From: Macrostomum lignano
Lineage: Eukaryota
Direction of reading: 5' to 3'
Assembly (NCBI GenBank): GCA_002269645.1
Contig: NIVC01003145.1
Coordinates: 52,803-116,802, forward strand
DNA: 64,000 nucleotides
This document shows positions 1 through 13,421 of the stretch, in pieces. The notes under the pieces were generated by a model. The model ran no database searches. It was not told the DNA's origin and saw only the letters and a list, made by a program, of their open reading frames with translations. Numbering within the stretch: the stretch's first letter is position 1; each line of letters starts with the position of its first letter. A program made the translations under genes and the position numbers.

Positions 1-2
1 GC

Positions 3-257
<255 letters not shown>

Positions 258-499
258 TCAAAATGGAACCGCGATGAAGCTGAGCTAACCAGCTGCCATG
301 GCTTAATCCAAAAATATCTCAATCTAGGATTTACTTGACTAGGAAGCTTCTAACAGGTGATTTTCTATTAATTATAATTGCTAAAAACTTAATTGAACTG
401 TAAGTGTTATTTTCCAGAAGGTATTGCATCTTAAACGTTTAATTACTCAGATAATTGATCAGAAAAATATTTTACTTCTCAAACAAATAATTTCTCAAA

Positions 500-905
500 C
501 AGGTAATTGTTTAGATAGGTAATTGCCTAAGCAGAAAACTGCTGAGACATGTAATTGCTCAGACAGGTATTTGCTCAGATAGACAATTGCTCCGACAGGT
601 AATTACTCAGACAGTTAATTACTCAGGCAGGTAATTGCTCAGACAGATAATTACTCAGGCAGGTAATTGCTCAGACAGGTAATTGCTCAGACAGATAATT
701 ACTCAGGCAGGTAATTGCTCAGACAGGTATTTGCTCAGATAGACAATTGCTCCGACAGGTAATTGCTCAGACAGATAATTACTCAGGCAGCTAATTGCTC
801 AGACAGGTAATTGCTCAGACAGATAATTACTCAGGCAGCTAATTGCTCAGACAGATAATTACTCAGGCAGCTAATTGCTCAGACAGGTAATTGCTCAGAC
901 AGGTT
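500..905. repeat. Intronic minisatellite, AGGTAATTGCTCAGAC-like units of variable length
   Basis: Visible tandem copies of aggtaattgctcagac / agataattactcaggc. Confidence 0.85.
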
Positions 906-1018
906 CATTGCACAAGACAAACAATGTCTCGGACAAATAAGATTGCCTTGTCAAATGGTCAGACAGTCAAACTTGTCTCTATTGCAATTGTACTGCAGAA
1001 GAGTTAGCATCCTGTTCA

Positions 1019-1290
1019 GTGAATTCCCAATGACTCATCGAAGGGAATTCCCAATGACACATAGACGGGAACTCTCTATGACAAATCGAAGGGAATTCCC
1101 AATTACTCATCGAAGGGAATTTCCAATGACTCATCGAAGGGAATTCTTAATAACCCTTATTCCCTATGAATTATCGAAGGGAATTCCCAATGACTCTTCG
1201 ACGGGAATTCCCTATGACTCATCGAAGGGAATTCCCAATGACTCATCGAAGAGAATTTCCAATCACTCGTCGATACGAGTGGGAATTCTC
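1019..1290. repeat. 24-bp minisatellite GGGAATTCCCAATGACTCATCGAA
   Basis: Tandem units; ORF 943-1299 shows the 8-aa period THRREFPM. Confidence 0.85.
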
Positions 1291-1652
1291 AATGAATGAT
1301 TGATGAGATTTTGGTATTTCTCAATTAATTATCGATGGAATTTCCCTACTAATTAATCATCGATGAGATTTCCCCATGGGATGCCAAATGTATCATCATA
1401 TCGACGGTGTTTTCTAATGACTCATTGATGGAACTTTGGGATTTCCTACTGAATGATGGACAGGAATTCCCAATAACACATCAATTGGTTTCCCAATTCA
1501 TAGGTTTTCCAGATGAGTTTGTGCGTTAACTAGGAGATAGCTTTGAATCTTTGTTTTTAACTCTGACTACATTTACCAATAGTGGGGGTTATAAACTACG
1601 AGTACTGATATGAGTTTGTGAAAGTTCAAATATCATCAGCAGGATTGCTCAC

Positions 1653-1769
1653 ATCTTCGAATTTCTGGCACATCATAGCGAATGCAACGTGAATCTGGTC
1701 CACGGTGCCGGTCACCGTGACGATTCTCTCTGGACAAGAGCCGTCGGAGATGTTGATTCTTGCTCCGCT
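1653..1769 (-). CDS. PCBP: PCBP-like exon, end of KH1 (SGARINISDGSCPERIVTVTGTVDQIHVAFAMMCQKFED)
   Basis: atacag| ... |gtgagc boundaries, 117 nt; SGARINIS..CPERIVT is typical of PCBP KH1. Confidence 0.9.
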
Positions 1770-1877
1770 CTGTATAATTTTAGTACCAAGTAGAGATGTA
1801 TTATATTTGGAAGGGAGAATTAGCCAAGTCCTGCCGACGATCAACAAAGACGAATCAAAACGATCAAAAAGACTCAC

Positions 1878-1910
1878 CTCTTCGCGATATTTCTTCACAT
1901 TTTCTCCTTT
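1878..1910 (-). CDS. PCBP: PCBP-like microexon, 33 nt (KGENVKKYREE)
   Basis: tttcag|AAAGGAGAAAATGTGAAGAAATATCGCGAAGAG|gtgagt; completes GKKG and the following KH helix. Confidence 0.88.
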
Positions 1911-2011
1911 CTGAAAGTAGAGAAAAATTCGCGAAACTCAAAAGTTTTTATAATATTTACCGAGATATATTCGCGTTAACTACATGTATATGCACTGAAA
2001 TTCATGCTCAC

Positions 2012-2035
2012 CTTTCCTATGATACTGCCGACTTC
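2012..2035 (-). CDS. PCBP: PCBP-like microexon, 24 nt (EVGSIIGK)
   Basis: tttcag|GAAGTCGGCAGTATCATAGGAAAG|gtgagc; canonical AG/GT, phase 0, encodes the first half of the KH GxxG loop. Confidence 0.88.
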
Positions 2036-2110
2036 CTGAAATCCGAGACAGTTAAGAAAACAAATCGTTTAATATTCATAATTATTCCCAGTATAATTCA
2101 CGCTTTTTTT

Positions 2111-4076
2111 CACATCACTCAGCAACCCTGACACCTCACTCAGCAACTCTGACACCTCACTCAGCAACCCTGACACCTCACTCAGCAACTCTGACACATC
2201 ACTCAGCAACTCTGACACCTCACTCAGCAACCCTGACACCTCACTCAGCAACTCTGACACCTCACTCAGCAACCCTGACACATCACTCAGCAACTCTGAC
2301 ACCTCACTCAGCAACTCTGATACCTCACTCAGCAACCCTGACACCTCACTCAGCAACTCTGACACCACACTCAGCAACCCTGACACATCACTCAACAACC
2401 CTGACACATCACTCACAGCAACCCTGACACATCACTCAGCAACTCTGACACATCACTCAGCAACCCTGACACCTCACTCAGCAACTCTGACACATCACTC
2501 AGCAACTCTGACACATCACTCAGCAACTCTGACACATCACTCAGCAACCCTGACACCTCACTCAGCAACTCTGACACCTCACTCAGCAACCCTGACACCT
2601 CACTCAGCAACCCTGACACCTCACTCAGAGAAATCCTGACACATCACTCAGCAACCCTGACACATCACTCAGCAACCCTGACACCTCACTCAGAGAAATC
2701 CTGACACATCACTCAGCAACCCTGACACATCACTCAGCAACCCTGACACATCACTCAGCAACCCTGACACATCACTCAGAGCAACCCTGACACATCACTC
2801 AGAGCAACCCTGACACATCACTCAGCAACCCTGACACATCACTCAGAGCAACCCTGACACATCACTCAGAGCAACCCTGACACATCACTCAGAGCAACCC
2901 TGACACATCACTCAGCAACCCTGACACATCACTCAGAGCAACCCTGACACATCACTCAGAGCAACCCTGACACATCACTCAGCAACCCTGACACCTCACT
3001 CAGCAACTCTGACACATCACTCAGCAACCCTGACACCTCACTCAGCAACTCTGACACATCACTCAGCAACCCTGACACATCACTCAGCAACTCTGACACA
3101 TCACTCAGCAACCCTGACACATCACTCAGCAACTCTGACACATCACTCAGCAACCCTGACACCTCACTCAGCAACTCTGACACCTCACTCAGCAACCCTG
3201 ACACCTCACTCAGCAACCCTGACACCTCACTCAGAGAAATCCTGACACATCACTCAGCAACCCTGACACATCACTCAGCAACCCTGACACCTCACTCAGA
3301 GAAATCCTGACACATCACTCAGCAACCCTGACACATCACTCAGCAACCCTGACACATCACTCAGCAACCCTGACACATCACTCAGAGCAACCCTGACACA
3401 TCACTCAGAGCAACCCTGACACATCACTCAGCAACCCTGACACATCACTCAGAGCAACCCTGACACATCACTCAGAGCAACCCTGACACATCACTCAGAG
3501 CAACCCTGACACATCACTCAGCAACCCTGACACCTCACTCAGAGAAATCCTGACACATCACTCAGCAACCCTGACACATCACTCAGCAACCCTGACACCT
3601 CACTCAGAGAAATCCTGACACATCACTCAGCAACCCTGACACATCACTCAGCAACCCTGACACATCACTCAGCAACCCTGACACATCACTCAGAGCAACC
3701 CTGACACATCACTCAGAGCAACCCTGACACATCACTCAGCAACCCTGACACATCACTCAGAGCAACCCTGACACATCACTCAGAGCAACCCTGACACATC
3801 ACTCAGAGCAACCCTGACACATCACTCAGCAACCCTGACACATCACTCAGAGCAACCCTGACACATCACTCAGAGCAACCCTGACACATCACTTAGAGCA
3901 ACCCTGACACATCCCTCAGCAACCCTGACACATCGCTCAGCAACCCTGACACATCACTCAGCAACCCTGACACATCACTCAGCAACCCTGACACATTATT
4001 CAGCAACCCTGACACATCACTCGGCAACCCTGACACATCACTCAGGCAACCCTGACACATCACTCAGCAACCCTGA
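2111..4076. repeat. 21/23-bp minisatellite (CACTCAGCAACCCTGACACAT) filling a PCBP intron, with higher-order duplications
   Basis: About 2 kb of tandem units; explains the SGLLSDV-repeat ORFs. Confidence 0.95.
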
Positions 4077-4089
4077 AATTTTGGCGCAC

Positions 4090-4326
4090 CTTGCCCGACA
4101 TCAGCATCCGAATGGTGAGCATCTGCGATGCCAAGCTCTGCGCCTCCGAGGTCGACGGCGGCCTAGTTGACGATGAAGTGCCCGAGTGCTCTGGCGAGCC
4201 GCCGCCGCCGTTAGCCTGCTGGCTGCAAGCCGCCTGCGGTGCTGCGTGCGGCAGCATCTGAGCAAACTGCTGCTGATGAACCAGCGCGAGGGAATCTGCG
4301 GTAATCACGTGACCGCCGCTGTACAT
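4090..4326 (-). CDS. PCBP: PCBP/mub-like KH-domain RNA-binding protein, first recognisable coding exon (N-terminus and start of KH1, ...LTIRMLMSGK)
   Basis: ATG at 4326. The 79 codons end in LTIRMLMSGK followed by a GT donor at 4089. Joins in frame to EVGSIIGK, giving the start of PCBP KH1. Confidence 0.85.
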
Positions 4327-4618
4327 CAGCTGAGCCAGCGCGACTGTTGAGTATTTCTCCTTTTATGGAATTGAAATTCTTTCTTAGAGGTCAAACTTGA
4401 CTGTTGCTGTCTTCGAACTGCCGCTGCCGTCTGTTGCTTTAAATTGGGAAATTTCGAGGCTTGTTGCAGAATTTTTCTTTTTTTCTCTAACAGAGAAATA
4501 AAAAAAAATTTGGGGCGCGAAAGAAGGAGGGAAGGAGGGAATAATATTGCTTGTAGTGTGCGAATCTCTGCTTTGCCCTCTTTCTACCTCTCTTTCTCTT
4601 TCCCGTCTTCTGCGCTTC

Positions 4619-4657
<39 letters not shown>

Positions 4658-6170
4658 GCCAATCTGAAAGCAACGCAACGCAACCCACTCCCAAAACCGA
4701 ATCCCCTCCCCCTTCCCTTTCTCAGTGGAGAACTGATCAAGGTGTGCTGAAAGAGGTGGTTAGTAACCGTCTTTCAGTTCTCACAATGCCTGCTTGGCCA
4801 GAGTCCGCCAACCCCTTCCTGACCAGCCCGCCCCACGGTTCCCCAGATGCAGTCTCTCAGGAAGTGACGAGAAAAAGAGGAATAGCACTGGAGGGAGTTG
4901 GGTGGGAGAATTACGACTGCAATGGGGGATATTTATGACGAGGGTTGTAATATATTACTGCTACAATTAAGGAATAAGCTAATAGTTGTAATTTTTGGCC
5001 TAAGCGCATGACTGCTGCTATGCAGGGTTGCAATTTGCTTCACGAGGAAATCTGAAAGTGTGTAAAACCTTGCACCTTGCACTTCTGCGGGGCTGACTGA
5101 CTAGATAGAAAAACGATTTTCTAGGTCGAACCCTGTACTACGCCAAAAGTTTTACGGTACATTTCCATTTATAATACGACAAGATTAATGGGAATGCCAG
5201 TTTGTGCGCCACCTAATCACTATAGGAATAGGCCAACGATCTGAAACCAAAACGTGTTTGTTAGTTTACACCGCACCTGCAGCGAAACCGCGTCTTTTTC
5301 TGCACCAGGTAAATCGTAAATCACTTTGTTGTATCGGGTTTATGTCGGCAATCACTGAACATTAAAGCAATCCAAGAAACTACTTCAGTTTGTCTGTATG
5401 TGTCCTCTCTGTCTGTCCTGTTTGTCTGTATGTGTCCTCTCTGTCTGTCCTTCAGTTTGTCTCCAGCTGTCCTGTGTAGTGCACACTATGGATTATATGA
5501 AGAGAGAGAATTCCCAAAACATTTTTCATGTCATCTGCTTTCTGTATTTTCCATTTTCTTTACGGATCGGATTGTCTATTTGTATTTCAAGCCTCTGAAA
5601 CTCTGTGCCGGCCTGTAGCTCACGTTGCCCGTGCAAAAGCAGAGAGTTGCAGGCCAAGATGGACACAGACAGCTGCGCCGCTAGGAAAGATAGATAGGGG
5701 GGGGGCAGAAAAATCCAAGCCAATGTCTTACAGTCTGGAATACCCTTGCAAAATGCAGTGGAATGAACTTCGTTACATGGGAAATTTTCCCTAAACCAAG
5801 CCATATCATCCAAGAGGCGGCCTTCAGTGGCTGCAAACCGAACCGAGAGAAAAATTGAAAAGTTATTTAAAAGTGACCGACTTTTTCTGCAAGTTCCGGT
5901 GTCTATGCTTCCTCCCAATGAAGCCCGAGTTTTTTTCGGTGTACTAGCTATCACCTAACCCATCTGCCGGCTGGCTGATGAAAGGCGCCAGGCGCAGTCA
6001 GACCCTTACATGGTCTGAGGCGATGGGGCGCGCGTTCTGTTGCAGGAAAAATAAGTAAAAGGAATTATTGCATTAGGAACATTTTGTACAAAGTTCACTG
6101 ATAAGATTTATAATATCTGATAGTGGGCGGAAAGAAAGCACTGAGTTAGAATGAAGAAAGGAAAAATAGG

Positions 6171-6976
6171 GGTTAGCTACTCCCATCGAAGATAGCTAGC
6201 TACTCCCTCAGTGGGGGTAGATAGCAACTCCAATCGAAGATAGCTATAGCTACTCCCTCAATAGGGGTAGATAGCTACTCCCACCGAAGATAGCTACTCC
6301 CTCAATAGGGGTAGACAGCTACTCCCACCGAAGATAGCTACTCCCTCAATAGGGGTAGACAGCTACTCCCACCGAAGATAGCTACTCCCTCAATAGGGGT
6401 AGACAGCTACTCCCACCGAAGATAGCTACTCCCTCAATAGGGGTAGACAGCTACTCCCAAGATAGCTACTCCCTCAATAGGGGTAGACAGCTACTCCCAC
6501 CGAAGATAGCTACTCCCTCAATAGGGGTAGATTGCTACTCCCACCGAAGATAGCTACTCCCTCAATAGGGGTAGACAGCTACTCCCAAGATAGCTACTCC
6601 CTCAATAGGGGTAGACAGCTACTCCCACCGAAGATAGCTACTCCCTCAATAGGGGTAGACAGCTACTCCCACCGAAGATAGCTACTCCCTCAATAGGGGT
6701 AGACAGCTACTCCCACCGAAGATAGCTACTCCCTCAATAGGGGTAGACAGCTACTCCCACCGAAGATAGCTACTCCCTCAATAGGGGTAGACAGCTACTC
6801 CCACCGAAGATAGCTACTCCCTCAATAGGGGTAGACAGCTACTCCCACCGAAGATAGCTACTCCCTCAATAGGGGTAGACAGCTACTCCCAAGATAGCTA
6901 CTCCCTCAATAGGGGTAGACAGCTACTCCCACCGAAGATAGCTACTCCCTCAATAGGGGTAGATTGCTACTCCCAC
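6171..6976. repeat. 44-bp minisatellite (CGAAGATAGCTACTCCCTCAATAGGGGTAGACAGCTACTCCCAC)
   Basis: ctcaat recurs at 6301 and 6345; each unit has an imperfect internal inverted repeat. Confidence 0.92.
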
Positions 6977-7630
6977 TTGAAAAAAATATTTTAGCAGTGT
7001 CGATACCCTGTTGAAGAAGGCCAAAAATAGGATCAGTGTATAAACACGAGTTCCGCGCTCCAATGGGCCTCTCCAATACATCTAGCTATGCTTTATAAAC
7101 ACTCCAGTTGGTGGTGCCTGTAAAGCTGGGTGAATGGACGGGATTAGCATTGTGTGGTGTGTGAGCGAGTGCCCGAGTGAAAGAGCCAGAGAGAGAGAGG
7201 CTGGGTTATATACAGGGAGAGTGGGAAATGGCAGTGATAAACACGGACACACAAGAGAATCAGTGCTTTTCAGCCCATAGTCTGCAAACAAATCCACGGG
7301 TCACGGTTTGACATGTCCGCATAGGGATAGGCCTTATATATATAATATCGTACGTTGCATACGTAAACTAGTGAAGTATGGCTCCTGGCGTTGTGATTGA
7401 TCGTGCATAGGTCACTGTGTAGTTGTGTGTTAAAACTCGATTTTAAGCGCGGGGTGGACTGTGCAGAAACTTCGTGAAAAGCCATGTTACTGTAAACTGC
7501 TGTGCTAATATGCTTATAGATTAAGTATTTTATTATAAAATCTTTTACTTAACTTCTACGCTTATAACGTTTTACGCAACATCATTTTTCTGTCTTACAG
7601 GGGAAGTTAAGAAATTTTCAGGTTACATGT

Positions 7631-8560
7631 TTAGGTTAGGGTTATGATTTAGGTTAGGGTTAGGATTTTGGTTAGGGTTATGATTTAGGTTAGGGTTATG
7701 ATTTAGGTTAGGGTAATGATTTAGGTTGGTATTACGATTTAGGTTTGGGTTATGATTTAGGTTGGTATTACGATCTAGGTTAGGGTTACGATTTAGGTTG
7801 GTGTTAGTGTTAAGATTGGTGTTAGTGTTTAGACTGGTGTTAGTGTTTAGATTGGTGTTAGTGTTTAGATTGGTGTTAGTGTTTAGGTTAGTGTTAGGAT
7901 TTAGGTTTGGGTTATGATTTAGGTTGGTGTTAGTGTTTAGATTGGTGTTAGTGTTTAGATTGGTGTTAGTGTTTAGATTGGTGTTAGTGTTTAGATTGGT
8001 GTTAGTGTTTAGACTGGTGTTAGTGTTTAGACTGGTGTTAGTGTTTAGATTGGTGTTAGTGTTTAGATTGGTGTTAGTGTTTAGATTGGTGTTAGTGTTT
8101 AGATTGGTGTTAGTGTTTAGATTGGTGTTAGTGTTTAGACTGGTGTTAGTGTTTAGATTGGTGTTAGTGTTTAGATTGGTGTTAGTGTTTAGATTGGTGT
8201 TAGTGTTTAGATTGGTGTTAGTGTTTAGATTGGTGTTAGTGTTTAGACTGGTGTTAGTGTTTAGATTGGTGTTAGTGTTTAGATTGGTGTTAGTGTTTAG
8301 ATTGGTGTTAGTGTTTAGGTTAGTGTTAGGATTTAGGTTTGGGTTATGATTTAGGTTGGTGTTAGTGTTTTGATTGGTGTTAGTGTTTAGATTGGTGTTA
8401 GTGTTTAGATTGGTGTTAGTGTTTAGATTGGTGTTAGTGTTTAGATTGGTGTTAGTGTTTAGATTGGTGTTAGTGTTAGTATTTAGGTTGGGGTTACGAT
8501 TTAGGTTAGGATTCGGATTTAGGTTAGAGTTAGGATTTAGGTTAGGGTTTTGGTTAAGTT
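7631..8560. repeat. 18-bp minisatellite (TTAGATTGGTGTTAGTGT) flanked by degenerate TTAGGG-like repeats
   Basis: Central homogeneous 18-mer; ttagggtta/ttaggtt variants at both ends. Confidence 0.9.
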
Positions 8561-10006
8561 AGGTCTGCAAGTTAAGCTGAGTTGGAAGTGGTTAGTACAC
8601 AGCTAAATTGGCTCCCTGTGATAGGGTATAGCTGCTGTAGCAATACAAAGGGTGACATGTTTCAGCACTGTGCCAGCTCGCACACAAACAGCAATCGGAT
8701 GCACCTTGTAGCAAATCAGGCGTATTTCTTATTATATCTATTTTCTGCTCATCCTCTGCTCAGCCATGCGCATGTTCGCGTCATCCCAACCTGAGAGTGT
8801 GCAAGCGGACAAGCTCATTATTATAACAAAGCTTTTCTTCTTTTGATGATGAAAGCCCAGCAAGGTGTTAAGATGTCTCAAAGGCGCGCGCACTCCATTT
8901 CAACCCAGCGTGAATGTTAAGCTAACACACGTTATTAGATAGATCTATTTGGTCCAGTAGAATCTGTTCTGTTTATTGGCAGACGCTTAGCTTAGACTGG
9001 TCAAGCAAAAACATCTACATGGGATCCGGGATCAGAGCCGGGGGAAGGCGAGGCAAGGATGGGGGTATGAAACGAAAACACAAAAAAATCTTGCAAAAAG
9101 AAAAACATCTTTTTTTCTGTTGCATACTGTGCGGCAAAGATGGACAGGTGTCTTCGAAATGGCTTAGCTCGTAGCGACCTTAGCCAACCAAGTTGGGAAA
9201 TCCAATGTGGCAGCAGTAGATTTGGTCTTGCCCATAGACATAGATATGGACGGGAAAAAGGCAAGCAAGTGGAAAATTGGGCCATAGACATCAGCACAAA
9301 AAGGGATGCAAGCAGCAACCTCTCTCAACCACGCTCACACATGTACACTCTCCGCTCCTAAATCCCACTATTCCAAGAATCGACAGACAAGCAGGCCATC
9401 TTTTAAGAAGCTAAAAGGAACAGATTTATCTAAGCCGCGAGTGGAAAGGCAGAGAGATTATAATCAACTTTGGTCCAGAAACACGATGGACGAGAGATGC
9501 AGAGACAAAACGATAAGGAAAAGAAAAAGTTCTGAGGCCAAAGAAAACGACTGTGCTCAAAGCATTAAAGTATTAATACTAAGCCGATAATCTTCAATGA
9601 GAAAATTGCGTGCTAACTCGAATTTCTTTCAGTATGTTAAGCTTATTTGATAGTCAACTTCCCGCCAAATATTTTTGTTATAACAAAGCGTGACTTCAGA
9701 AGACTTTAAGAGGCCTATTTCTTAGAATATCTTTAAAAATGCATAAAAATGAATTTATAGTTAAGGATATTTGCCATCTTTCTTCATAGTTCTCATCTTT
9801 CATAGCCAATAGGAAATGCTGAGTCATAATATATTGCCAAGCTCTATTAAGGGACGATTACGGGAAGAGAAAGGTGAGTCGTGTCCAGCTCAGAATGATG
9901 AAAATACCACTAAAAATATAATGTTAGAAAAGCTCACTAAGCGCGTGATGAACCAACCAGTTATCGTTAAACAGCACGCGAATAGTTTTCTAAGAATCAA
10001 CCATTA

Positions 10007-10985
10007 AGCGCGAACATTTTTCTAAGAAACATGGAATAAGCGCTAGACAGCTTTCTAAGAATTTTAGAATAACCGTGGACAGTTTTCTAAGAACCGTGGA
10101 ATAAGCATGAACAGTTTTCTAAGAATCGTGAAATAAGCGCGAATATTTTTCTAAGAATCGTGAAATAAGCATGAACAGTTTTCTAAGAATCGTGGAATAA
10201 GCGCGAACAGTTTTTCTAAGAATCATGGAATAAGCATGAACACTTTTCTAAGAATCGTGGAATAAGCGTTAGACAGCTTTCTAAGAATCGTGAAATAACC
10301 GTGAACAGTTTTCTAAGAATCGTGGAATAAGCGCTAGACAGCTTTCTAAGAATCGTGAAATAACCGTGAACAGTTTTCTAAGAATCGTGGAATAAGTGCG
10401 AACAGTTTTCTAAGAATCGTGGAATAAGCGCAAGAAAGCTTTATAAGAATCGTGGAATAAGCGTTAGACAGCTTTCTAGGAATCGTGAAATAACCGTGAA
10501 CAGTTTTCTAAGAATCGTGGAATAAGTGCGAACAGTTTTCTAAGAATCGTGGAATAAGCGCAAGAAAGCTTTATAAGAATCGTGGAATAAGCGTTAGACA
10601 GCTTTCTAAGAATCGTGAAATAACCGTGAACAGTTTTCTAAGAATCGTGGAATAAGTGCGAACAGTTTTCTAAGAATCGTGGAATAAGTGCGAACAGTTT
10701 TCTAAGAATCGTGGAATAAGCGCAAGAAAGCTTTATAAGAATCGTGGAATAAGCGTTAGACATCTTTCTAAGAATCGTGAAATAACCGTGAACAGTTTTC
10801 TAAGAATCGTGGAATAAGTGCGAACAGTTTTCTAAGAATCGTGGAATAAGCGCTAGACAGCTTTCTAAGAATCGTGAAATAATCGTGAACAGTTTTCTAA
10901 GAATCGTGGAATAAGCGCTAGACAGCTTTCTAAGAATCGTGAAATAACCGTGAACAGTTTTTTCTAGGAATCGTGGAATAAGCTC
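10007..10985. repeat. ~30-bp minisatellite (TTTTCTAAGAATCGTGGAATAAGCGCGAACAG-like)
   Basis: Tandem units with alternating variants. Confidence 0.9.
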
Positions 10986-12414
10986 GAACGGTTTTCTATG
11001 AATCTTAAAATTACTACGCTTGTATTTCGAGAGCATCAGCCAGTGGAGATAAAACTGATTAGAAAATCTCCTCAAAAAGCGACTCAGCTTTTTACACAGA
11101 CCAGCAGCGTACTTTTGCGATTTAGCTCGTCAAACTAAAACATCGCGAAACAATCTCCCAATGAGAATAATTCAATACAATTTAAACAAATGCGGGTCAG
11201 TATTTGAAATTTCATAACAGCATCCATCCTCACGATGGTTTCAAATTAAATGAATGATCAGTGATTAGGATGGCATTGTTGCAATTTCTGATAAAATCTT
11301 GGAAATCTGATATTTATTAATGCGCTGAAATTCGTTATAAAATTGAAGCAAGTCTAAAATTGCAACGCGATTCGGTTTGGTTTCGAATTAACACGAAAAT
11401 TATGCGGATTAAATCGCAATCTTGAGAGACTTGAGTCTCAAATCTCCCTTATCCTACTCCTACCTAACTCGCCTCCCTTCTCATCTCCTCGTCAGATGCT
11501 GAAAAGCATAGCCTAGGTCCCGTCTTTGCCCTACTTTTTATAATCTCTCGCCAACCTCGTCAGTTGAATGCGCGGCTGTGCGGAAATTGAGACCCATTGA
11601 AATTTCTTTGCCTTATGAAAATGCCAGCAGCTTATACTAGCTAATATCGCTGCCTCCTGACTATCGGCAGGAAATGAGATTTCAAACAGCGTATAGGCAG
11701 TAAAATCAAAATCATTCTTGAAGCCTTTTACAAGCCTGTCCTGGGTAATATGAGATTTTCAGCTCCAACTGAGATCATTTCTGTAGAATATAGAGATAGT
11801 TCTACTATTTATTGTCCATAAGACACAGCCTGGCGCAATGGTAGATTGCGTAGTAGGTAAGGGGCTGAAATAATGGCCAAACACGAGTGCGCACGCAACG
11901 TCATTGTCTATAAGACACAGCCTGGCCATTATTTCAGCGTGCCGGAAGCGGTCATTATTTCAGGGTAAGAGTCTGCGTGCGTGCGACTGCGTAAAGAGGG
12001 CGGTGGTTGGGCCATAGACTATAAATAAAAAAGCTGTTGGGCCATATACTATAAATGAATAAGCTGATATAAGTTAATATATGAATACTTTAACTAATCG
12101 TCTATGGTTCAGACGTCTGTTAAAGCTGAACTAATGGCCAGTTGAGTTTGTCATTACGCCAGGCTGTGTCTTCTGGACAATGATAAACTCAACTGCCCAT
12201 TATTTCAGCTTTAGCAGGCGTTTGAACCATAGACAATTAGTTAACTATGCATTTATGTGTGCTTTGTGGGCGGCCGTAGGCCGCGTACAAAGTGTGTTAG
12301 GGGTGGCGGGGTGGCGTCTGCGTTGGGGGGGGGGTTGTCGCGGGGCGGCTAGCTTTTAACCCCCAGCTTGTGCTCTGCTCGCGGTGTCGCACACCTGCTC
12401 AATTTTTTTGCGCG

Positions 12415-13421
12415 ATGGCTAGCCTTGCTAAACTTACAGCCCGAGAATTGAAAGCCCAACTCTCCGCGGCTGGCCAGCCAACTAATGGTAACAAGAGAAC
12501 TCTGTTAGCGCGCCTGAAAAGTCTGCAAGGTAGAGACCCTGAACAAGACGACTCAACCAGCAGACGAGAAGAATCAACTGACAGCGAGACCGACAGCCAA
12601 CCGCAGCCCCAGCCACCGCCCCCAACCGCCACCGCTCGACGAAGGGTCAGGACCTGCGCGATGAGATCGAAGCGACCGAGGAACGCATCAGGCTACTGAG
12701 GCTCCAAAAGGAGGAAGCGGAATTGACAGCCGAGCTCAGCGGCAGACGCCATGGCACGAAGACGTATGGTAAGCCAGCTTTTTCTGCTAGTTGGGGCGCC
12801 GCCCATTCTGCCTTGGAGAATATTCCCCTCCTGGAGCAAGATGCTGACCCCACCAAGAGGGGCCCACTTCTCATACCTGACTTCGTCGAAGACTCCGGAA
12901 ATGTCAGCGCTGGCAATAAGAAAGGAACAAATACCAGACAGAAGCCTCTGGAGCAGATTAGCATCGGCGAGTGGATAAGTGCGAATGCGAGAATTCTCCA
13001 GTCCCTGATCGAATCTGGCGAGATGATTGACTGGGAAGCGCGCGCTGCTCCAAGGTTGCATGAGTACCTTGCCTACAACCGCCAGTTAGGCGAACTGCTG
13101 AATAGTGGATTTGACGTCAGTAATGTCCTGCTCTATGATGACAGCTTTCGGAGGCTCCAGCATGAAACCAGTCGTCACTGGGACAACGAGTCTTTCCAGT
13201 TGCTCTCACGACACCTGCTTGCTCCGAATCGGCTTAGCGCTATAGACAGCAACTTGCAGCGTAGAAAGCAGCCACAGAATAGGAGGAATCGCCAAATCTG
13301 CCTGCTCTTCAACCGCGATACCGGCTGTAAGTTTGGCGAGGAATGCAAATTTCAGCATGCTTGCGTCATCTGCAGAAGGGACCATCCGGGTCATCTGCAC
13401 GCTTCAGCGTCAAAAAACTAG
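12415..13421 (+). CDS. Ngaro ORF1 (gag-like): N-terminal SAP-like domain, coiled coil, C-terminal CCCH-type zinc finger; one frameshift between 12582 and 12697
   Basis: LTARELKAQLSAAGQPTNGNKRTLLARL is SAP-like. The frame-0 continuation QDLRDEIEATEERIRLL runs into ORF 12723-13421, which ends CLLFNRDTGCKFGEECKFQHACVICRRDH. Confidence 0.75.

Noticed and set aside
6171-6976. CRISPR-like array (hairpin-containing 44-bp repeats)
   Set aside because: Head-to-tail repeats without unique spacers, no cas genes, eukaryotic context.
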